64,000 bases of DNA from Candidatus Poribacteria bacterium. GTDB lineage: Bacteria; Poribacteria; WGA-4E; WGA-3G. The stretch covers positions 29,388 to 93,387 of the forward strand of contig JAPPFM010000003.1 of the NCBI GenBank assembly GCA_028821605.1. Direction: 5' to 3'. Position 1 is the stretch's first letter; each line of letters begins with the position of its first letter. The position numbers and the translations under genes were made by a program. Below are positions 37,631-46,581 of the stretch, piece by piece. Under the pieces are notes generated by a model, which saw only the letters and a list, made by a program, of their open reading frames with translations, was not told where the DNA came from and did no database searches.

Positions 37631-39889
37631 ATGTCAAACAAAACCGCAGAAGTGTTACATGGAACAACTGATTTGACATTGGAGGGTGATCTTGCCGCGC
37701 AGATGGTCGAGGTTCTCGACGGTTATGTTACCGACGCGGTGGCGCGTTCCGTTGAAAAACGGGAAACCTTGTGGCATCGCGATTATAGTTCTCATGAGGC
37801 GTATACTGAATCTGTCGAACCGAACCGCGCACGGCTTAGGAAACAGATTGGATGCCTCGATCCGCGTTTGACAATCGAGGACCTCGCTTACGTTGCTACA
37901 ACAACATCCGCCGCGCAGATTACAGAAGATGAAAATTACACCGTCTCTCGCGTGCGTTGGCAGGTTTTCGATGAGGTGGAAGGTGAGGGGCTTTTGTTGG
38001 AACCGATGCACAACGTCCCCATTGTTGCTCAAGTCGTCGCCTTGCCCGATGCTGATTGGACACCGGAGATGATAGCCGGTGTAACGAATGAATTGCCACC
38101 GAGTGCCCAGTTTGCGAGACGTTTGGCAAGAGCGGGATGTCGTGTCGTTGTTCCGCTCCTTATTAACCGCGAGGATAGCTATTCCGGCAACCCAACCATC
38201 AGTAGAATGACGAATCAACCGCATCGTGAATTCATCTACCGGATGGCGTATCAACTTGGAAGACATATCATCGGGTATGAGGTGCAGAAGGTGTTGTCAC
38301 TGGTGGACTGGATGGCTTCTACTGAAGCACCGATAGGTGTTATCGGCTACGGTGAAGGTGGGTTGATTGCACTTCATAGTGCAGCAGTTGATACACGAAT
38401 CCAAGCGGCAGCTGTCAGTGGATATTTCCAATCGCGGCAAGAGGTATGGCGAGAACCGATCTACCGAAACGTTTGGGGACTCCTACACGAGTTTGGCGAT
38501 GCTGAAATTGCAAGTCTCATCGCGCCACGTCCGTTGATTATAGAGGCAAGCATTGGACCTGAAGTTGCCGGTCCGCCACCGGTTGGTAATGGACGCGGCG
38601 GCGCGGCACCCGGGCAACTTGTGTCACCACCTGCGGATTCCGTTGCGTCGGAATTCAGTCGCGCACACGATTTTTATCGTCAGCTCGGCAGTGAGGATGC
38701 CTTGCGCCTCGTTTCTTCTGTAGACGGATCCCCGGGTTCTGAAGAAACCTTAACCGCCTTTCTTACAGGACTCGGTGTTGAGAATGCGAGTATTGACGGC
38801 TACCACCTGCTTTCTGTTCCGAGCGTTGACGATTTTGATTACGAGGCGAGGCAGAAGCGGCAGTTTACACAGTTGGTTAATTTGAGCCAACGTTTCTTGC
38901 GGGAAGCAGCATCGCGGCGGCAACAATTTTTCTGGGAGAAAACCGATACCTCTTCGCTCACAAAGTGGGAGGAGACGTGTACGGATGCTAAAGCCTATTT
39001 CTGGGACGAAGTCATCGGCAGGTGTCCGGCACCCGACGTGCCTGCTAATGCGAGAACGAGGCTCATTTATGACGAACCCCGCTGGAAAGGTTATGAGGTC
39101 GTCCTTGATGTGTGGGACAGTGTTTTCGCCTACGGTATCTTGTTGCTTCCAAACGATCTTCAGCCGGGTGAACAGCGTCCTGTCGTTGTCTGTCAGCACG
39201 GTTTAGAGGGTAGACCACAGGATACGGCGGATCCGAGAATAGAATCGGTTTATTACTCTTACGCTGCAAGTTTAGCGGACAGAGGGTTTATCACCTACGC
39301 ACCGCAGAATCCGTATATTGGTCAAGATGCCTTTCGCGTCATTCAACGCAAAGCGAATCCGATAAAATGGTCGCTCTTTTCGTTGATTATCCGTCAGCAT
39401 GAGCGAACACTTGACTGGCTTGCGGAACTACCTTTCGTTGATGCCGATAGGATTGGCTTTTATGGGTTATCCTACGGTGGTAAGACGGCGATGCGTGTCC
39501 CCGCAGTGCTTGAACGCTATGCTTGTTCCATCTGTTCGGCTGATTTCAACGAGTGGATTGTCAAGAATGCGACGTTTGACTCCGGCTACAGTTATATGTT
39601 TACGGGTGAATACGAGATGCCGGAGTTCGATTTGGGGAACACATTTAACTACGGTGAGATGGCGGGATTGATTGCGCCGCGTCCGTTTATGGTGGAACGC
39701 GGGCATGACGACGGTGTCGCGCCTGATGAATGGGTGGCGCATGAATTCGCTGTCGTCCGGCGGCTTTACGTCCGGTTAGGGATCGCTGATAGAACGGAGA
39801 TTGAATTCTTTGACGGGGGGCACCAGATTAATTCTGATCGGACGTTCCGATTCCTACATCGGCACCTTGATTGGCCCGAACCTCAATAA
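37631..39889 (+). CDS. Two-module alpha/beta-hydrolase-fold protein
   Basis: The C-terminal module has a nucleophile elbow GLSYGG plus downstream HDDG and GGHQ (putative Ser-Asp-His triad). The N-terminal module has GYGEGG at the equivalent position, with no Ser. Confidence 0.7.
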   Translation: MSNKTAEVLHGTTDLTLEGDLAAQMVEVLDGYVTDAVARSVEKRETLWHRDYSSHEAYTESVEPNRARLRKQIGCLDPRLTIEDLAYVATTTSAAQITEDENYTVSRVRWQVFDEVEGEGLLLEPMHNVPIVAQVVALPDADWTPEMIAGVTNELPPSAQFARRLARAGCRVVVPLLINREDSYSGNPTISRMTNQPHREFIYRMAYQLGRHIIGYEVQKVLSLVDWMASTEAPIGVIGYGEGGLIALHSAAVDTRIQAAAVSGYFQSRQEVWREPIYRNVWGLLHEFGDAEIASLIAPRPLIIEASIGPEVAGPPPVGNGRGGAAPGQLVSPPADSVASEFSRAHDFYRQLGSEDALRLVSSVDGSPGSEETLTAFLTGLGVENASIDGYHLLSVPSVDDFDYEARQKRQFTQLVNLSQRFLREAASRRQQFFWEKTDTSSLTKWEETCTDAKAYFWDEVIGRCPAPDVPANARTRLIYDEPRWKGYEVVLDVWDSVFAYGILLLPNDLQPGEQRPVVVCQHGLEGRPQDTADPRIESVYYSYAASLADRGFITYAPQNPYIGQDAFRVIQRKANPIKWSLFSLIIRQHERTLDWLAELPFVDADRIGFYGLSYGGKTAMRVPAVLERYACSICSADFNEWIVKNATFDSGYSYMFTGEYEMPEFDLGNTFNYGEMAGLIAPRPFMVERGHDDGVAPDEWVAHEFAVVRRLYVRLGIADRTEIEFFDGGHQINSDRTFRFLHRHLDWPEPQ

Positions 39890-39893
39890 ATAT

Positions 39894-40127
39894 GTAGGTT
39901 GGGTTGAGCGGTAAAAGACAAAATATCCATTTTATTTATGCGAGGAGTTTTGGTTTCCGATGACCTATCCATATAGATGTATACAGCGAAACCCAACACT
40001 CTAAACGTTATAGGTGCGATAATATGTTGGGTTTCACTCGTCTTTTGCCGATCTTAGGTTTCTCGATGAACCTCGAAAGTCATTTTCTCATGCGATTTCT
40101 CGTGGGTTCCCGTTCAACCCAACCTAC
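39894..40127 (+). repeat. ~233-bp MITE-like structured element, copy C
   Basis: GTAGGTTGGGTTGAGCGGTAAAAG ... ACAGCGAAACCCAACA ... ATGTTGGGTTTCACTC ... CGTTCAACCCAACCTAC. Starts 5 nt after the preceding stop codon. Confidence 0.85.
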
Positions 40128-40171
40128 GCGCTGAAATCAAACCATATTATTTACATCTGGAAAGGAAAGAG

Positions 40172-41218
40172 ATGCTTTATTCCATCATCGTTAGTGCAGG
40201 ATTAGAGAACATCGCACGCGAGGAGTTATCCGCGCGTTTTGAAACCAATCTGAAAATCCTGGAACGTAAACCGCAGCGCATCCTCTTCCAATATGCGGGT
40301 AACCCGCGTGAGCTGCTATCTCTGCGAACAGCCGAACATCTCTTTCTCATTCTAAAGCGGATACCGAAGATGACACGCTCGCGCAATTCGTTGGCAGTGT
40401 TGCGTGGTTCACTGGCGCGCTTAAGTTTCAAGGAGATGTCCGAGTGCTGTCGGCAGGTGGGTATCAATGTGCGGAAACGGATGCCGTTTCGGGTGACGAG
40501 TCGGTTGTCTGGCAAACGCAACTTCCGCCGTCTCGATCTGCAGCGGGTGATTGAACGCGCTTTATCGGAACGAGGATGGTATTTGGCATCAACGAAGGCA
40601 GCACTGGATGTCTGGGCAGAGGTGCATGGAGACGACGGCTATATCAGTATCAAGCTTTCCTCAAACGATATGGCGCAGCGTCCATATAAACAAGCACATA
40701 TCCCCGCGTCCCTCAAACCGACGTTGGCGTATAGCATGGTGCGCCTTTCAAAACCCCACCCGGACGATGTCTTTTTAGACGCTATGTGTGGTGCTGGAAC
40801 GATTCTTTTGGAACGCGCGCTTATGGGTCGCTACCGTTATCTCATCGGTGGTGATGTCTCTACAGAGGCGTTAGATGCTACCGTAACGAATTTCGGTAGG
40901 AAACATCAACCGCGTCAATTCTTCCATTGGGATGCACGCACTTTACCACTACAACCGAACACAGTTGATAAAATCGTCTGTAATCTCCCGTTCGGTGAGA
41001 CTATCGGAAACATTCCTCAGTTGACGAATCTATATCGGCACTGCCTCAAGGAGTCTGCGCGCGTCTTGAAACCGAGGGGGAGGATGGTGCTGCTCACCTC
41101 GCAACGTACACTTCTCAATGACGAACTGGAAAAACTGCGTTTTCTCGGTGTTCAGCAACGGTTGACAGTCGATGTCCGTGGAAAACAAGCATGGATATAT
41201 GTCATCCGTTTTACATAG
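40172..41218 (+). CDS. THUMP-domain class I SAM-dependent RNA methyltransferase (UPF0020/RlmL-like)
   Basis: SAM motif I DAMCGAGTILLE and motif IV CNLPFG after an N-terminal THUMP-like region. Confidence 0.75.
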   Translation: MLYSIIVSAGLENIAREELSARFETNLKILERKPQRILFQYAGNPRELLSLRTAEHLFLILKRIPKMTRSRNSLAVLRGSLARLSFKEMSECCRQVGINVRKRMPFRVTSRLSGKRNFRRLDLQRVIERALSERGWYLASTKAALDVWAEVHGDDGYISIKLSSNDMAQRPYKQAHIPASLKPTLAYSMVRLSKPHPDDVFLDAMCGAGTILLERALMGRYRYLIGGDVSTEALDATVTNFGRKHQPRQFFHWDARTLPLQPNTVDKIVCNLPFGETIGNIPQLTNLYRHCLKESARVLKPRGRMVLLTSQRTLLNDELEKLRFLGVQQRLTVDVRGKQAWIYVIRFT

Positions 41219-41255
41219 CGCGTAGTGAAATCTACAATTACTTTAACATTGCGGA

Positions 41256-41280
41256 TAGGCGGGGTTAGATACCCCGCCTA
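41256..41280. repeat. REP-like hairpin between convergent genes (TAGGCGGGG-TTAGATA-CCCCGCCTA, then CC)
   Basis: 9-bp perfect stem with no T-run. May act as a terminator or stabiliser. Confidence 0.6.
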
Positions 41281-41308
41281 CCGATTGCTGATTGCTGACG
41301 GCTGATGG

Positions 41309-42394
41309 CTAAATCTCCGGCACTCTTACTGCAACCTCTTTACCGGCTGCATGCGAACGGAAAATACCATCCATAATCACGTTTGTGAGGAGTACGCCTT
41401 CCGGTGGTATTGGCGATGGTGCGTCTGCCTTAACTGCCTCACGGAATGCGATCATCTGTGCCGCCCAGTTATCAGACTGCGGGAATCCTGAGAATTGGAT
41501 CGTCGTCATCCCTTCTGGTGGGTTCGGTTCTGCAGTTAATCCTTCTGCTTCGACAAACTTCTTGAGCTCACCATCATACGCATCGGCATAAATAACCGGT
41601 CCACTCAACGCGAAACCCGCTTTCGTCCCGAGATGGAAGTTGCCACCGAGCGAGTCCTGATGCACTGCCCAAGAGATTTTGAACACCATCACACCACCAT
41701 TTTCAAACCGGACCCACGCTGCGCCGAACTCTTCAACATCCATGATGCCCTTAAATCTCGGATCCTGCTGGGAGATGTAATCCTCGGTGATCGCGGAGAC
41801 ACGCACGGGTTTCGGGTACCCCATCGCATACAGCGAAGCGTGCATATTGTAGACCCCGATATCAACGGTTGCCCCGGCACCCGCTGTCTTTTTGTAGATG
41901 AACGTATGCCCTGGATTCCCGCGGCGTCTGCAGCCTGCAGATTCAGAGTAATAAATATCACCGAACAATCCCGCATCGAACGCTTTTCTTATGAATTGGA
42001 TCCTTGGATCAAACGTGGGATTGAGACCGATTTGTAAGATTTTGCCTGATGCCTTCGCTGCCCGCACCATCGCTGTCGCATCTGGGAGTGTCGCTGCCAT
42101 CGGTTTTTCGCAGAGGACGTGTTTACCGGCGTTCAATGCTGCCACTGTCGGTCGCCGATGTCCCTGATTGTAAGTGCAGACACTCACACCATCAAGCTCG
42201 TCCATTTCGAGCATTTTGTTGTAGCTTGAAAAAGCGTTCTTTCTGGGGACACCCCACTCGTCAGCGGCTTGGTTCGCCTTACTTTTGATGATGTCGCAGA
42301 CCGCTACGATTTCAAAACCGCCTACTTTCTCATAGGTGCTTCGGTGTGCTCGTGAAATGCCACCTGTACCAATAATACCAACCTTGACAGTCAT
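41309..42394 (-). CDS. Gfo/Idh/MocA-family oxidoreductase, paralog 1
   Basis: GIIGTGGISRAH Rossmann motif, LCEKPMA. 361 aa. Confidence 0.9.
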   Translation of the reverse strand: MTVKVGIIGTGGISRAHRSTYEKVGGFEIVAVCDIIKSKANQAADEWGVPRKNAFSSYNKMLEMDELDGVSVCTYNQGHRRPTVAALNAGKHVLCEKPMAATLPDATAMVRAAKASGKILQIGLNPTFDPRIQFIRKAFDAGLFGDIYYSESAGCRRRGNPGHTFIYKKTAGAGATVDIGVYNMHASLYAMGYPKPVRVSAITEDYISQQDPRFKGIMDVEEFGAAWVRFENGGVMVFKISWAVHQDSLGGNFHLGTKAGFALSGPVIYADAYDGELKKFVEAEGLTAEPNPPEGMTTIQFSGFPQSDNWAAQMIAFREAVKADAPSPIPPEGVLLTNVIMDGIFRSHAAGKEVAVRVPEI

Positions 42395-42442
42395 AATGTT
42401 CTCTCCTCATAACAAATTCTGTATAGAAATAGACGCGATTTA

Positions 42443-43528
42443 CTAAATTTCCGGTACTCGGACCGCAACCTCTTTCCCTGTTTCGTGTGATCGGAAAATG
42501 CCATCCATAATCACATTTGTGAGCAGTACGCCCTCTGGCGGTATCGGTGATGGTGCGTCTGCCTTAACTGCCTCACGGAATGCCGTCATCTGTGCTTGCC
42601 AGACATTGACCTCTTTAAACCCAGAGAACTGGATCGTTGTCATCCCTTCCGGTGGGTTTGCTTCAGCGGTGAGTCCTTCGGATTTAACTAACTTCTTAAG
42701 ATCATTTGTATATCCATCGGCATAGACAGTTGGTCCACCCAAGGAGATCCCCATTTCCTTACCGAGACAGAAACTGGGACCGAGCGAATCCTGATGAATC
42801 GCCCAAGAGATTTTGAATACCATCACGCCACCATTTTCAAAACGCACCCATGCGACACCAAACTCTTCGACATCCATAATCCCTCGAAATTGGGGATCTT
42901 GCTGTGAGATATAATCCTCGGTAATCGCGGAGACACGCACGGGTTTCGGATATCCCATCGCATACAGTGAATCGTGCATATTGTAGACCCCGATGTCTAC
43001 GATCGCACCGGCACCTGCTGTTTTCTTGTAGATGAACGTGCGCGCTGGATTCCCGCGGCGCCTGCATGCTGCAGATTCAGAATAATAGATGTCACCGAGC
43101 AGTCCTTCATCAATTACTTTCTTAGCGAATTGGAGTCTCGGATTAAACGTGCTGTGGATACCGATCTGCAAGATTTTGCCCGACGCTTTCGCTGCCCGCA
43201 CCATTGCGGTCGCATCTGGAAGTGTCGCCGCCATGGGCTTTTCACAGAAGACGTGTTTGCCAGCGTTTAGTGCAGCAACTGTCGGTCGTCTGTGTCCTTG
43301 GTTGTAGGTGCAAACGCTTACTGTGTCGATTTCGTCCATCTCAAGCATCTTGTTGTAACTTGTGAAGACGTTCTTTCTCGGAACATCCCACTGATCGGCA
43401 GCTTCGTTTGCCTTGCTTTTGATAATGTCGCACACCGCGACGATCTCGAAGCCACCTACTTGTGTGTAAGCCCTCTGATGCGCCCGTGAAATACCACCCG
43501 TACCCACAATACCGACTCGAATCGTCAT
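42443..43528 (-). CDS. Gfo/Idh/MocA-family oxidoreductase, paralog 2 (tandem duplicate)
   Basis: 361 aa and gap-free collinear with paralog 1. By eye, roughly four of five residues are identical. Confidence 0.9.
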   Translation of the reverse strand: MTIRVGIVGTGGISRAHQRAYTQVGGFEIVAVCDIIKSKANEAADQWDVPRKNVFTSYNKMLEMDEIDTVSVCTYNQGHRRPTVAALNAGKHVFCEKPMAATLPDATAMVRAAKASGKILQIGIHSTFNPRLQFAKKVIDEGLLGDIYYSESAACRRRGNPARTFIYKKTAGAGAIVDIGVYNMHDSLYAMGYPKPVRVSAITEDYISQQDPQFRGIMDVEEFGVAWVRFENGGVMVFKISWAIHQDSLGPSFCLGKEMGISLGGPTVYADGYTNDLKKLVKSEGLTAEANPPEGMTTIQFSGFKEVNVWQAQMTAFREAVKADAPSPIPPEGVLLTNVIMDGIFRSHETGKEVAVRVPEI

Positions 43529-43667
43529 ATTGCTATCTCCTCATGCGTAGAATAGAATTGCCAAAAGTTTAGACGAAATCGGTTTGCAATGCAAGGGAAA
43601 AAATTGTGTGCTACTAAGGTGCTTCACAAAGCACCCTTCTCGTTTACCAGCACAGGCTTTTTCTATA

Positions 43668-44621
43668 CTACTGCTTCAATACTTCCTCGCGATGCCACGT
43701 CAAAGCCTCCTGAGCTGGGTAAAGTTCATTATGCTCAGGCAATAGTATTGACTTACCCCGCAAGGTCGTTAGCAACCACTCTGTAGGTCCACGCTCTGAC
43801 ATAAGTTCTGAAACGATCACTTGGTAGGTCTTGCCCAAGGAAATCAAGCCCGCGTCAAAAGCCCAATGATGGAGTTGGCAGAGAGAAATCCCGTTCCGTA
43901 CATCGTTATTTCCTGAAACCTTGAATGGAATGATGTGTGCAGCTTCTGTCACACTTTCTCCATCCATTGTAATAATACGCAATTGGCAAACAGCACAAGT
44001 GTAATCGTATATTCTCATGATTGCTTGACGGAAACCTGCAGTCCGAATTGGATTATCTTCTTCTGTTGGTGTCAACGGTTGTAGAGATGAAAACGTTTGT
44101 TTAACTTGCTGCAGTAGTGCTTGTCTGTACTCACCGATCTGCTGTTCCTCAGTTATAAGACTCTCAATATCTGTTTTGAAATCTGTGAAATAGGTATCTA
44201 TAAGGGTTTGACGGATTACCTCTCGATCATGGTCATTCGTAAGTAAGAAAAAAAATTCATCATCAAAACTTGCAGACGCGATCACCTCACGAATACGAGA
44301 AGATGTTTTAAGTTGAGATGCAACGCTTAATGCTGTTTCATATCCAGGATTTGCGTGGAGGTGCCAGAATCCCTCGCTTTTTAAGTGGAAAAACGGCATA
44401 GCGATGTTAGGTTTCCGATCCGTCACTTTAGTCCAATATTTCAAGAAAGCCTCCGCCAAATCAGGGGAAAGGACGATTCTGTTTTCAAGAATCTGTCCCT
44501 GTTCAATGAGTTCAATAACTGCTAACAACAAAAGGGGTTTATTAGGGGCTGCGCCGCGTGCTTTGTCTATTCGCAACCTTTCCATTTTCTGGATGTATTT
44601 TTGTAGGATATTATTGGGCAT
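43668..44621 (-). CDS. HNH (His-Me finger, HNH_2-like) endonuclease with an unassigned ~200-aa N-terminal reader-like domain
   Basis: C-terminal AAHIIPFKVSGNNDVRNGISLCQLHHWAFDAGLISL. The N-terminus has RGAAPNKPLLLLAVIELIEQG.. and PFFHLKSEGFWHL. Confidence 0.8.
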   Translation of the reverse strand: MPNNILQKYIQKMERLRIDKARGAAPNKPLLLLAVIELIEQGQILENRIVLSPDLAEAFLKYWTKVTDRKPNIAMPFFHLKSEGFWHLHANPGYETALSVASQLKTSSRIREVIASASFDDEFFFLLTNDHDREVIRQTLIDTYFTDFKTDIESLITEEQQIGEYRQALLQQVKQTFSSLQPLTPTEEDNPIRTAGFRQAIMRIYDYTCAVCQLRIITMDGESVTEAAHIIPFKVSGNNDVRNGISLCQLHHWAFDAGLISLGKTYQVIVSELMSERGPTEWLLTTLRGKSILLPEHNELYPAQEALTWHREEVLKQ

Positions 44622-44784
44622 CTTTTTAGTGTTACCTCGGAGAAACGTAGCTGATCCTTTCTACTGTTCCAATGGGAAAGGTGTCTCTACAGGCCTCACA
44701 AGATTTGAAGTCCTTTGGTCACCCAGAATAGTATCTAAATTGGAGACAAGAGCGTTAGGAAAGTTATTACGAATAGAATATAGG

Positions 44785-46053
44785 TTACAGCACTTTTTTA
44801 GGCAATTCAACTTCTTCAATTTCGATGCCTATTGCCTTGGCATAATCGTTGCGCAATTTATCTACATCTCTCGAAAAATGATTTAGCATATAGAGTAGCA
44901 AATTTTTAACGAGCGTTTTACCTTTTATTAACATTTTTTTTTGTGTGGGGTGCCAGATAACCCCATTATAAGGCGTTTGAGTCAGGTCTGTAGGTAACTT
45001 TGAAATCATCTTGAAACACTTGGATAGTGGATATTTCTCAACGAGTTCTGCGATGATTTCTGTTAAGATTTGCAGTCCTATAGGGCGGAAAAGCACACTA
45101 CCTCCCTCTGGATGTCTATATTTCTTGACAACTGTTGAATTATCAGAGGTGTTGACGAATTCCTGCAGTGGTAAAAAACTGTCTGTAAGCCGTTTAAAAT
45201 AATCACAAGCATTGTGGTAATGTTCATCAAGAATGTGATTTGGTTGACGCACTTTTGTAAGTTCATCTTTTCGATTATTGAAAGTCTTCTTCTTTGAGAT
45301 AACGTATATTTTTGTAAATAGTATACTTAGCAAATCGTAAAGATTTCCAATCGTAGTGAGGCAGGTCTGGTTGCTTTTCGGGATATTATCAGTTACGTTG
45401 TTTAAGATTCGATCCTCTACAAACATCGAATTTTCCGTAACCAGCCTCCGGACAGTAATAGCCATTGTATCGTCTTCATCAAGAGCGACCATTTCTCCTT
45501 TTGAAACTCGGACAGTATTTTTGTTCAACGTCGTGAAAAGTCTTCGGGTTCTTTCCATTCCGTTCATATCTGTCCTATGAGCAATAAAGATTATTGACAA
45601 CTCGTCTTCACCCAAGTGAGGAGCCTCTGCCACTGCTTCCTTAATTCCTATGAGTCGGTGTTGCCCATCCAGTGTGAATAATTCTTCTTCGCCGTTCAAG
45701 CTAAGAATTCCGATTCCAGCGACTACATCTTCAGGGATATCCTCAGAGTCGTATTGGCTATTACTCTCAAGATGGGTAATATCATACCAAGTGGGATCGC
45801 CTTCATAGACGGCTACAATCAGCGAATTAAAAAAACGTTGTTCATGTTTAAGGAGGTAATCTTTTATTTCCTTGCCACTTTTTCTTTTTATCTCTTGCTG
45901 TACCATTTCGCTCAAGGTTTTGCTTTGATAAATTTCCTCAGCAATCTTGACCCTTTCGGCAATATCCTTGAGTTTCATAAGTGTCGGGTAATATACCCAA
46001 TCACCTATTATGCCTCTTAGCGAGGGAAGATATAATTTTTTCATAATTTTCAC
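44785..46053 (-). CDS. DGQHR-domain protein (DndB/DpdB-like, ParB/Srx fold)
   Basis: Literal DGQHR motif in EELFTLDGQHRLIGIKEAV, followed by RRLFTTLNKNTVRVSKGEMVALDEDD. The start is GTG at 46053 (overlaps the upstream stop as GTGA) or ATG at 46044. Confidence 0.85.
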   Translation of the reverse strand: MKIMKKLYLPSLRGIIGDWVYYPTLMKLKDIAERVKIAEEIYQSKTLSEMVQQEIKRKSGKEIKDYLLKHEQRFFNSLIVAVYEGDPTWYDITHLESNSQYDSEDIPEDVVAGIGILSLNGEEELFTLDGQHRLIGIKEAVAEAPHLGEDELSIIFIAHRTDMNGMERTRRLFTTLNKNTVRVSKGEMVALDEDDTMAITVRRLVTENSMFVEDRILNNVTDNIPKSNQTCLTTIGNLYDLLSILFTKIYVISKKKTFNNRKDELTKVRQPNHILDEHYHNACDYFKRLTDSFLPLQEFVNTSDNSTVVKKYRHPEGGSVLFRPIGLQILTEIIAELVEKYPLSKCFKMISKLPTDLTQTPYNGVIWHPTQKKMLIKGKTLVKNLLLYMLNHFSRDVDKLRNDYAKAIGIEIEEVELPKKVL

Positions 46054-46553
46054 ACCTTTGATAATTTCACTGCGGCACCTATTTCGGCTGAATATCCTTC
46101 TTGGGAGTAAGGGGGTGTAAAGGTATCCAACAATCTTTGCTCCAGTTGTTTTATATGCAGTTGAGATGGATCAACTTCAACATAGTAAAAATATAGGTAG
46201 TCCTCCCATGTAGTCAACATGGAGTGAATTAGATTTCTTTTTGGCTTCTTTTTGTCATTCAGATAATCTCTAAATCTCTTTCGTAAGTTCCGGTTACTGT
46301 TATGTCCTGTTTCTCCGATGTAGGTCACATAACCGTGTGATGGAAATTGCGGAAGTCTTGGCTCAATGACAAAGGCATAAACCCCCTTTTCTGTCGGAAT
46401 CTGCGCTGCACTATTTTCCTCAAATTTTACACATTTCCAATTTAATGGAATCGGTGGAGCGATGTAAGCATCCCACCGTTCTTTCCAGAGAAGAAAATTT
46501 ACTCTATAGGTTCGTACATCCTTCCTTGGAGGTATCATATCTTGATATACCAT
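46050..46553 (-). CDS. GIY-YIG-like nuclease-fold protein
   Basis: GVYAF..(18 aa)..YIGETG, then LRKRFRDYL, then YYVEV and LEQRLLDTFTPPYS, in the GIY-YIG motif order. GAGGAG SD. Confidence 0.6.
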   Translation of the reverse strand: MVYQDMIPPRKDVRTYRVNFLLWKERWDAYIAPPIPLNWKCVKFEENSAAQIPTEKGVYAFVIEPRLPQFPSHGYVTYIGETGHNSNRNLRKRFRDYLNDKKKPKRNLIHSMLTTWEDYLYFYYVEVDPSQLHIKQLEQRLLDTFTPPYSQEGYSAEIGAAVKLSKV

Positions 46554-46581
46554 AACATCTCCTCACACGGTTTAAAAACCA

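Noticed and set aside
37655-38266. 203-aa minus-strand ORF
   Set aside because: It is antisense to the alpha/beta-hydrolase gene and no motif was recognised.
44834-44849. Sigma54-like -24/-12 match TGGCAT-N5-TTGCG on the plus strand
   Set aside because: It lies inside and antisense to the DGQHR coding sequence with no downstream plus-strand gene. It is most likely a chance match in AT-rich DNA.
44404-44886. 160-aa plus-strand ORF spanning the HNH-DGQHR intergenic gap
   Set aside because: It overlaps both minus-strand genes antisense and has no SD or motifs. It is an AT-rich open frame by chance.
43668-46553. Interpretation as a classical restriction-modification system or a dnd/ssp/dpd cluster
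   Set aside because: The cassette and the rest of the window contain no methyltransferase, no DndA/C/D/E, SspA-D or DptF-H, and no TGT-like or ATPase gene. Only the DndB-like component is present.
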